Origin: an uncultured Oscillibacter sp.
GTDB lineage: Bacteria > Bacillota > Clostridia > Oscillospirales > Oscillospiraceae
Length of the DNA: 64,000 nt
Assembly (NCBI GenBank): GCA_910589315.1
Contig: CAJUTB010000012.1
Coordinates: 960 to 64,959 of the forward strand
Direction: 5' to 3'
This document shows positions 57,725-64,000 of this stretch, piece by piece (the first letter of the stretch is position 1; each line of letters starts with the position of its first letter). Below the pieces are notes generated by a model. The model searched no databases. It was given only the letters and a program-made list of their open reading frames with translations, and was not told the DNA's origin. Made by a program: the position numbers and the translations under genes.

Positions 57725-58018
57725 TTACAGATGATGGTCCCGCAGAAGCCGTTTTGCCTGCTCCCACAGCTCGTCGCTGACGTTCTGCACCACCACCACC
57801 TTTTCCACCAGCTCCGGTACGGCGGCGGTCAGCTCGGCTTCCACCAGGGATTCGTTTGTCAGGTCCGCCGAGGGGCACCCGGCGCACTGCCCCAGCATCT
57901 TCACATACAGCACGCCGTTTTCCAGACGGTCAACGGCAATCTCTCCGCCGTGATTCCGCAGGGACGGCCGGACCTTTTCGTCTAAAACAACCTCAATCCG
58001 TTTCAAATTTTCATTCAT
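57725..58018 (-). CDS. NifU C-terminal (Nfu) domain protein
   Basis: VLDEKVRPSLRNHGGEI...VKMLGQCAGCPSA; ATG 58018 with GGAGG RBS. Confidence 0.9.
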   Translation of the reverse strand: MNENLKRIEVVLDEKVRPSLRNHGGEIAVDRLENGVLYVKMLGQCAGCPSADLTNESLVEAELTAAVPELVEKVVVVQNVSDELWEQAKRLLRDHHL

Positions 58019-59540
58019 GCGTATCCTCCTCCGCCGCTTTTGCTGCGGCAATTTCTTCTCGAATCCGATGACGGGTATCGTCAAACAACAGCTCCCGGTT
58101 ATGGCGGAAATAGGCGTCGCAGCCGAAGGTTTCCACATACCAGCTGGTATCGTATCCGGCGGTGATTTCCGTCACAAAAATCACCAGCTCCTGTCCCTGG
58201 CCGAAGGTTGTTTCCAAAAACCGGAAAGCATTGTCCATCAGCCGTCCGGCCTCCTCCGCCAAAGCCTTCCGCCGGGCCACCTCGCCGCCGAACCGTTCCC
58301 GCACGGCGTCCATCGCCTCTCCTGACGCAATGACGGACGCCTGGGCCAGAGACTTCCGGTAATCTTCCAGCGCGTTGACCTCCAGCTGAACAAGGTTCTG
58401 TTGCTCCTTGTCCAGCTGTCCCGCGTCCTTAGCGCGTTTGAGGGTCTCCCGGCGGCGCCGCACAAGGCTTTCCAGAATTTCCGCCGGTACGCCGCCGGTT
58501 TCCAGCAACGTCCGGAAGTCCGTCAGCGCGCCATGCAGAGCCTCCGTCAAGGCGTCCTGCCGCCGGGCCTCCCGGGCCGCTTCCGACAAACGCGACAGCA
58601 GCAGTCCCATCACCGACAACTTTTCGTCAAACGGCGCGGCCCGCAGCTCGGAAACCGTAACCGGACGCCAGGTTCCCTGTAGGATTTCGTCTACATGGTA
58701 AATTTTCCGGTACTTGTTGTAAAGCTCCAGATAGTTGGCGAAATCCCTTGCAATCCGCGGGAGCTGAATATACTGCCCAATGACTTCCCGGCTCGCCGGA
58801 ATCTCCAATTCCTCGTAAACGCAGAGCAGTTCCGACAAATCCTCCCAGCCTCTGGCCGTGGCAAACTGCAAACCGTCCTGGGCAGTTTCCACGCGGTAAA
58901 AATTTTCCTTTTTAATGTCCAGGTAGGAAACCACCGCCCCATGCAGGCCCTTCCGGCGGGCGTACTCCTTCCAGACACCGAAGTCCTCCGAAACGTCGAT
59001 CCGCTTCACCCGGTCCAGCGTCACCACGTCGAACTCCCGCACAGAACGGTTATATTCCGGCGGGTTTCCTGCGGCGGCAATCAGCCAGCCCTCCGGCAGC
59101 CGCTGGTTTCCAAAGGTCTTGCACTGCAAGAATTGCAGCATCATCGGCGCAAGCGTCTCCGACACGCAGTTGATCTCGTCCAGGAAAAGAATTCCCTCTT
59201 TCAAGCCGGTTTTTTCCATCAGCCCATACACAGACGCCAGAATTTCGCTCATGGTGTATTCCGTGATGGAAACTGTCTCCCCGCCGTAAGTCCGTTTCTC
59301 AATGAAGGGCAGGCCCACTGCGCTTTGCCGGGTGTGGTGGGTGATGGTGTACGCCACCAGCCCCACGCCCGTTTCGGCGGCAATCTGCTCCATAATTTGG
59401 GTCTTTCCCACGCCTGGAGGCCCCATCAGCAGCACCGGCCGCTGGCGGACGGGCGGAATCCGGTAGTTGCCCAGAGCATCCTTTGCCAGATAGGCCCGGA
59501 GGGTATTGGTGATTTCCTGTTTTGCCTGTTTGATATTCAT
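58011..59540 (-). CDS. MoxR-like AAA+ ATPase
   Basis: PVLLMGPPGVGKT, GILFLDEIN, IAAAGNPP, ATARGWE; adjacent to a VWA gene. Confidence 0.88.
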   Translation of the reverse strand: MNIKQAKQEITNTLRAYLAKDALGNYRIPPVRQRPVLLMGPPGVGKTQIMEQIAAETGVGLVAYTITHHTRQSAVGLPFIEKRTYGGETVSITEYTMSEILASVYGLMEKTGLKEGILFLDEINCVSETLAPMMLQFLQCKTFGNQRLPEGWLIAAAGNPPEYNRSVREFDVVTLDRVKRIDVSEDFGVWKEYARRKGLHGAVVSYLDIKKENFYRVETAQDGLQFATARGWEDLSELLCVYEELEIPASREVIGQYIQLPRIARDFANYLELYNKYRKIYHVDEILQGTWRPVTVSELRAAPFDEKLSVMGLLLSRLSEAAREARRQDALTEALHGALTDFRTLLETGGVPAEILESLVRRRRETLKRAKDAGQLDKEQQNLVQLEVNALEDYRKSLAQASVIASGEAMDAVRERFGGEVARRKALAEEAGRLMDNAFRFLETTFGQGQELVIFVTEITAGYDTSWYVETFGCDAYFRHNRELLFDDTRHRIREEIAAAKAAEEDTHE

Positions 59541-59564
59541 GATGCGGTTTCGCCTCTCCTTCTC

Positions 59565-60950
59565 TTACGTTCGGGGCAGCTCGTCCCAGTCGATTTCATC
59601 CGGCAGGTCTACGACCGCCTCCCGTGCGGCCCGTTCCAGGTCCGGCAGCTCCAAGACTAACCGGATGGCCCAGGGCGGCATCCGCACCGACAGCGGCGGT
59701 TCTCCCAGCAGGATAAACGCCGTGTCGTAAGGCGGACGCTTTTCCGGGTAAACGCCCATGCCGTCGGTGAAATACAGGAGGCCCCGGAGATTATTGAACG
59801 TCTTGGCTTCCAAGAGCTTTGCCACATGGTCAAACACCGGCCGGAAATCTGTGGCACTGCCGCCGTTCAGGGAAAAATGATCCATGTAATCCCGCAGTTC
59901 TTCCAGGTCCTCAATGGCCGTATCGGATCGGATCTGGTCGTCGCACTGGATAATATGGATGTTGACTTTTCGGGTGAAGGTCCCCGCGCTGCGGAGAACG
60001 GCATAGGTGCAGGCCAGAAACTGCCGCACCAGCTCGCCGGAGGTGGACATAGAGGTATCCACGGCTATCACGAAATCTTCTATCCGATGCTCCTCCCGGG
60101 TCTCCGGAGGCTCCACCAGGGGCATATTGCCATAGAGCTGAAGCCCATAGGTGTAGAAAATATAATCAAAGGCGTCGCCGTCCACCGCCGCCACCTCCCG
60201 CGGCGCGGCAAAACGCCGCAGAAAGGCCCGGTAATCCACATCGTCCCGTACAGCTACCCGCACCTGTTCCAAAACCGCTTCGCCGCCGCTTCCGCGGTCT
60301 GACAGCATCGTTTCCATGCCGGTCTGGGTTTTGCCGGAAAGGTCCTGCCATTTTTCATCCTGCCGTTTGCTCTGCTCCTGATCGTCCCGCTGCTGCGGCT
60401 CCCAAAGAATATGATCGTCCACCAGAAACCGCCGCTGCAACTGCGCCAGCTCGTATTCCGGCAGATTCTGCCGCAGAAGGCGCCGATATATGCCCTCCGC
60501 CGTCAGGACGGGCATACCGGCGCGGCACTCGCCGTAAAATTTCTGCTTCGCCGGAACCGTCCCTTCGTTCAGGCAGGGATAGTCCAGCCCGTCCAGAATG
60601 CTTTCAACCGCCGCGTCACAGGCGAGGTCCCACAACTCCGGGACCTTGCCCTTTTTCTTTGCCAGATGCCGGAGCATACAGTGTAAAATCACATGGAGAT
60701 ACGCCCGGTCCGTGAAAACGCGGGAACGCAGGTAACGGTCCGCTAACCAGGCACCGTCGTAGAAAAGGGTTTCGCCGTCCGTTGCCAGCGAGAGGGTCAC
60801 ATCCCCGCCTGGCTGGAACCGCAGCGCACACAACGCCACATCCAGATACGGCAGGCTCATATACAGTTCATTCCGGGAGACCAGCAGAATTTCTTCCCCG
60901 ATCTCCGTCAGATTTCTCCCAGGCTGTTCCAATTGCAACACCTGCCTCAT
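59565..60950 (-). CDS. DUF2201-like metallopeptidase-like plus VWA domain protein
   Basis: LATDGETLFYD, LHVILHCMLRH, WDLACDAAV, DDHILW; C-terminal IAVDTSMST MIDAS, GGSATDFRPVF, LYFTDG. Confidence 0.85.
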   Translation of the reverse strand: MRQVLQLEQPGRNLTEIGEEILLVSRNELYMSLPYLDVALCALRFQPGGDVTLSLATDGETLFYDGAWLADRYLRSRVFTDRAYLHVILHCMLRHLAKKKGKVPELWDLACDAAVESILDGLDYPCLNEGTVPAKQKFYGECRAGMPVLTAEGIYRRLLRQNLPEYELAQLQRRFLVDDHILWEPQQRDDQEQSKRQDEKWQDLSGKTQTGMETMLSDRGSGGEAVLEQVRVAVRDDVDYRAFLRRFAAPREVAAVDGDAFDYIFYTYGLQLYGNMPLVEPPETREEHRIEDFVIAVDTSMSTSGELVRQFLACTYAVLRSAGTFTRKVNIHIIQCDDQIRSDTAIEDLEELRDYMDHFSLNGGSATDFRPVFDHVAKLLEAKTFNNLRGLLYFTDGMGVYPEKRPPYDTAFILLGEPPLSVRMPPWAIRLVLELPDLERAAREAVVDLPDEIDWDELPRT

Positions 60951-61936
60951 TATAAATCAAAGCTCTTTTCCAGTTCGAAGGGAAACCGCCGGCGCTGTTC
61001 CTCCAGCAAAACCGCCAGCGCAGCCGTCGCCTGCCGCTCCCGCGCCAGGCCGCATGCCTGAAGAAACTGCGTCCGGTCCGGTTCCGTATTCGCCAGAAGA
61101 AAACGCAGCCCCTCCGTGTCGTTTTCCGTCAAAAGCCACTGCATCGCTTCTCCCGCATGGTCCCGGATATACGCCAAATACTGCGCCGCCGCATTCTCCG
61201 CCAGCTCCGACGGATACCGCAGGCGATACCACGCCAGACGCAGGGCGGTGAAACCATCATGCTCCATGCCCAGAAAACCGCGCCATAAGGCATCGTATTC
61301 CTTCATTCGCAGCTGCTTTTGCCGGAAGCAGTGATGATAGGGATAACCCGCGCCGGTAATCTGGTAATCAAAGTGGTGGGCGGGGCAGTTCTCCTCGTAG
61401 ATTTCCGTATACTCGGGAAACAGCAGGCGGACCATTTCGCCGTCTGGCCCGGCGAGGGTAATGTCCAGCTCCCGGGACAGCTCTCCTGCGAAATAGGCAA
61501 CCGTCTCCCCCTCCCCGGAAGCGGTCCGAACGATGTGCAGCGTGTCCAGACAGCGGCAGTTCATCAAGGCCCCACCGCCCCATCGGTCAACGCCGTCATG
61601 AAGCCGCAGGGTTTTCAAATTACTGCAATTCAACAGTGCGTAATCACCCACCCGCTCCAAAAACGGCGGAAACGTCAAATCCTGCAACTGCCGGTTATCC
61701 CACTCGCCCCCGCCGCCGCAGGAAATCAAAACCGCCTCTCCCTCCGGAGCAGCGCGGTTCGGGGCCAGCGCATGGCCTTCCAACGCCGTCACCGGCAGTC
61801 CGAACAGCGTGTCCGGCAGAACCGCCCGGCGGTCACAGGTTTCCGCCCGCAGAATGGCAACGCTCCCGGCCTCCCGGCGGACGGTCAGTTTCCAGTTGCT
61901 CGCACCGCTAAGGGTTTCCAACGCCTCCACCTCCAT
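60950..61936 (-). CDS. BspA-type leucine-rich repeat protein
   Basis: LPDTLFGLPVTAL, LQDLTFPPFLERVGDYALLNCSNLKTL, GALMNCRCL; ATG 61936. Confidence 0.7.
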   Translation of the reverse strand: MEVEALETLSGASNWKLTVRREAGSVAILRAETCDRRAVLPDTLFGLPVTALEGHALAPNRAAPEGEAVLISCGGGGEWDNRQLQDLTFPPFLERVGDYALLNCSNLKTLRLHDGVDRWGGGALMNCRCLDTLHIVRTASGEGETVAYFAGELSRELDITLAGPDGEMVRLLFPEYTEIYEENCPAHHFDYQITGAGYPYHHCFRQKQLRMKEYDALWRGFLGMEHDGFTALRLAWYRLRYPSELAENAAAQYLAYIRDHAGEAMQWLLTENDTEGLRFLLANTEPDRTQFLQACGLARERQATAALAVLLEEQRRRFPFELEKSFDL

Positions 61937-62024
61937 TTTCTCTCGGTAGTATACCACATTCTTTTTCAATTTCCTAGTCCGTTTTTCCCCCAGAAAAAAG
62001 TGGGGAAAAATTTCGGAAGGGGAC

Positions 62025-62083
62025 TTGACAAACTGTTCATTCTGTGTATACTGTTTATATACAGCAAGAACAAAGTGAACAGT
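62025..62083 (+). promoter_or_regulatory. sigmaA promoter with overlapping palindromic operator for the GntR/YtrA operon
   Basis: TTGACA (62025-30), 16 bp, TATACT (62047-52); palindrome TGTATA-N7-TATACA (62045-62063) nested in ACTGTTCA...TGAACAGT. Confidence 0.7.
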
Positions 62084-62090
62084 CGGAGGG

Positions 62091-62477
62091 ATGCCCGTGG
62101 AAATCATCATCCGCAATACCACCAATCAGCCGATCTATGACCAGATCTACGCCCAGCTGAAAACCCAGATCATCGCCGGAAAGCTCCAGCCGGGAGAGGC
62201 CCTTCCCTCGATCCGCGCCTTGGCGAAGGATTTGAAAATCTCCGTCATCACCACCAAACGCGCCTATGACGAACTGGAAGCCGAGGGCTTTCTCTACACC
62301 ATCGCGGGCAAGGGCTGCTTTGTGGCGGAAAAAAACCTGGATTTGATCCGGGAACGGCAGGTCAAGGAGCTGGAAGACCACTTCGCCGCCGCCATCGCCC
62401 TTTCCAAAAGCTGCGGCGTATCGCTGGACGAACTGCATGAAATGCTGAACATTCTCTATGAGGAGGAATCTACATGA
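62091..62477 (+). CDS. GntR family regulator (YtrA subfamily)
   Basis: PIYDQI...LPSIRALAKDLKISVITTKRAYDELEAEG...GKGCFV; short C-terminus; precedes ABC genes. Confidence 0.93.
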   Translation: MPVEIIIRNTTNQPIYDQIYAQLKTQIIAGKLQPGEALPSIRALAKDLKISVITTKRAYDELEAEGFLYTIAGKGCFVAEKNLDLIRERQVKELEDHFAAAIALSKSCGVSLDELHEMLNILYEEEST

Positions 62478-63325
62478 ACGCGATTGAACTTTCCCACATC
62501 TGCAAATCCTTTGGCTCCTTCGCCATTCAGGACCTGAATCTGACCATCCCCTGCGGGACGATCTGCGGCCTGGTGGGCGAAAACGGCGCGGGCAAATCCA
62601 CCACCATCCGCCTTTTGATGAACGCCCTCTCACCGGACAGCGGCCGCGCCGCCGTGCTGGGCGTGGATGTTTCCAGCCCGGAATTCCGGGCAGTCAAGGA
62701 GAATATCGGCGTCGTGCTGGACGAAGCCTATTTCCCGGAAGTTCTGACTCCGGTGCAGGTGGGCCGGGTCATGGCGGACACTTACCGCCGCTGGGACCAG
62801 AAGCAGTACGAGGAGTTTCTCCGCCGGTTCGACCTGCCGGAGAAAAAGCCCTTCAAGGATTTCTCCCGCGGCATGAAAATGAAGCTGGCGATTGCCGTCG
62901 CCATGAGCCATCACCCGAAACTCCTGGTGCTGGACGAGGCCACCTCCGGCCTGGACCCGATTGTCCGGGACGAGGTACTGGAGCTGTTCAACGAGTTCAC
63001 CCGTGAGGAGGACCATTCCATTCTGCTTTCCTCCCACATTGTCTCGGACCTGGAAAAGCTCTGCGACTACATCGCGTTTATCCATCGGGGGCGGCTGCTG
63101 TTCTGCGATGAAAAGGACCAGCTTTTGGAAACCTACGGCATTTTCGCCGGGAACGCCGAACAGCTGGAAAGTCTGCGGAGCGAAGCCGTTGTCGGCCGGG
63201 AGCACAGCGGCTACGGCGTGCGCGCGCTGGTGCGCCGGAATGAGGTGCCCAACGGACTGGAACTCGAACGGGCCAGTATTGAGGATATTATTCTCTTTAC
63301 GGTAAAAGGGGCGAAACAGGGATGA
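62474..63325 (+). CDS. ABC transporter ATP-binding protein (YtrB-like)
   Basis: GENGAGKSTT, FSRGMKMK, LDEATSGLDP, SSH. Confidence 0.93.
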   Translation: MNAIELSHICKSFGSFAIQDLNLTIPCGTICGLVGENGAGKSTTIRLLMNALSPDSGRAAVLGVDVSSPEFRAVKENIGVVLDEAYFPEVLTPVQVGRVMADTYRRWDQKQYEEFLRRFDLPEKKPFKDFSRGMKMKLAIAVAMSHHPKLLVLDEATSGLDPIVRDEVLELFNEFTREEDHSILLSSHIVSDLEKLCDYIAFIHRGRLLFCDEKDQLLETYGIFAGNAEQLESLRSEAVVGREHSGYGVRALVRRNEVPNGLELERASIEDIILFTVKGAKQG

Positions 63326-63927
63326 CCGCCTTGCTTCGCAAAGATTTTTATATACTTGGAAAATATCTGTGGGTGTTTGCTCTGCTCGTCGTCTTTATGA
63401 CCGCTGTCAGCGAGGGTTTTTATACGGTTTTCGCGGTGGTTCTGGTCTCCATGCTCCCCTTTGCCGCGCTGGACTACGACAAGCAAAGCCGCTGGGACCA
63501 GCTGGCCGTTATGATGCCCTATTCCATCCGGGACATCGTGCTGAGCAAATACGCGCTGGGCTGGATCGGTATGGCAGGCGCGGCGGCGGTTTGTTTGGCA
63601 GTTTCTTTCGCACAGGGAATTTTCGGCCATACGGAGCCCGATTTTCCAACGCTGGCAATGGCCCTGCTGACCGGCGTCATCACGATGGATGTCACGCTTC
63701 CCCTGGCCTTCCGCTGCGGCGCGGAACGGGGCAAGGCTTGGTTTTTGCTGGTTAACCTTATGGTGATGTTCGTGGGAAATCTGGGCAGCATCGCGGCAAA
63801 TGCCGCCTCTGCCCCTGGCAGTCCCAACCTGCTTGTCCGGTGGAACGTATTCCTTTTTTTGGCGGCTGCCGCCGCAACCATTCTCTCGGTTCCGCTGTCT
63901 ATGCGGATATATCAAAAATACTGGTGA
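63322..63927 (+). CDS. ABC-2 type transporter permease
   Basis: MTALLRKDFY, YDKQSRWD...MPYS.RDIVLSKY, six hydrophobic segments. Confidence 0.85.
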   Translation: MTALLRKDFYILGKYLWVFALLVVFMTAVSEGFYTVFAVVLVSMLPFAALDYDKQSRWDQLAVMMPYSIRDIVLSKYALGWIGMAGAAAVCLAVSFAQGIFGHTEPDFPTLAMALLTGVITMDVTLPLAFRCGAERGKAWFLLVNLMVMFVGNLGSIAANAASAPGSPNLLVRWNVFLFLAAAAATILSVPLSMRIYQKYW

Positions 63928-63959
63928 TTCTAATTTCTAATTAAAGGAGCGAAACAAGC

Positions 63960-64000
63960 ATGAGCGCGTTAATTCGGAAAGATTTTTATGTCCTTTGGAA
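63960..64000 (+). CDS. Start of a second ABC-2 permease paralog (runs off the window)
   Basis: MSALIRKDFYVLW after AAGGAG RBS, paralogous to the preceding MTALLRKDFYILG. Confidence 0.7.
   Translation, partial: MSALIRKDFYVLW

Noticed and set aside
1..64000. CRISPR arrays, tRNA/rRNA genes, transposases
   Set aside because: No regularly spaced repeats, structural RNA gene signatures or transposase motifs were seen by eye; short elements could have been missed.

Overview
GC-rich bacterial chromosome segment, most likely a monoderm Bacillota/Clostridia anaerobe (Oscillospiraceae-like). This is inferred from a stand-alone Spo0A C-terminal domain gene, a THF riboswitch-folT unit, rnfCDGEAB, ECF module genes and ytrA-like genes. 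Housekeeping arms (1-20.1 kb and ~55.8-64 kb) flank a ~35-kb accessory block (20.8-55.6 kb). The block encodes an apparently complete, head-less contractile injection system (eCIS/Afp-PVC-like): sheath, two tube proteins, a tail-assembly chaperone with a predicted -1 frameshift into an un-annotated DUF6760-like ORF, a tape-measure candidate, two Afp7-like proteins, split hub and spike, a DUF4280 PAAR-like tip, gp25, two baseplate-J proteins, tail protein I, an Afp16/DUF4255 cap, an Afp13-like protein and an Afp15-like AAA+ ATPase. The most unusual part is a five-gene envelope/signalling module embedded in the same operon: a membrane pseudokinase-like protein, a HAMP plus degenerate class III cyclase, a membrane MORN protein, a secreted TolC-like protein and a large secreted coiled-coil protein. 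The operon also ends in a STAS gene. No lysis genes or recognisable toxin were found. An adjacent two-component pair is present, and an OmpR-type direct repeat lies at the operon promoter. Together this suggests a regulated, possibly membrane-anchored CIS in a Gram-positive anaerobe. All family calls are by eye from motifs and synteny; no database searches were run.
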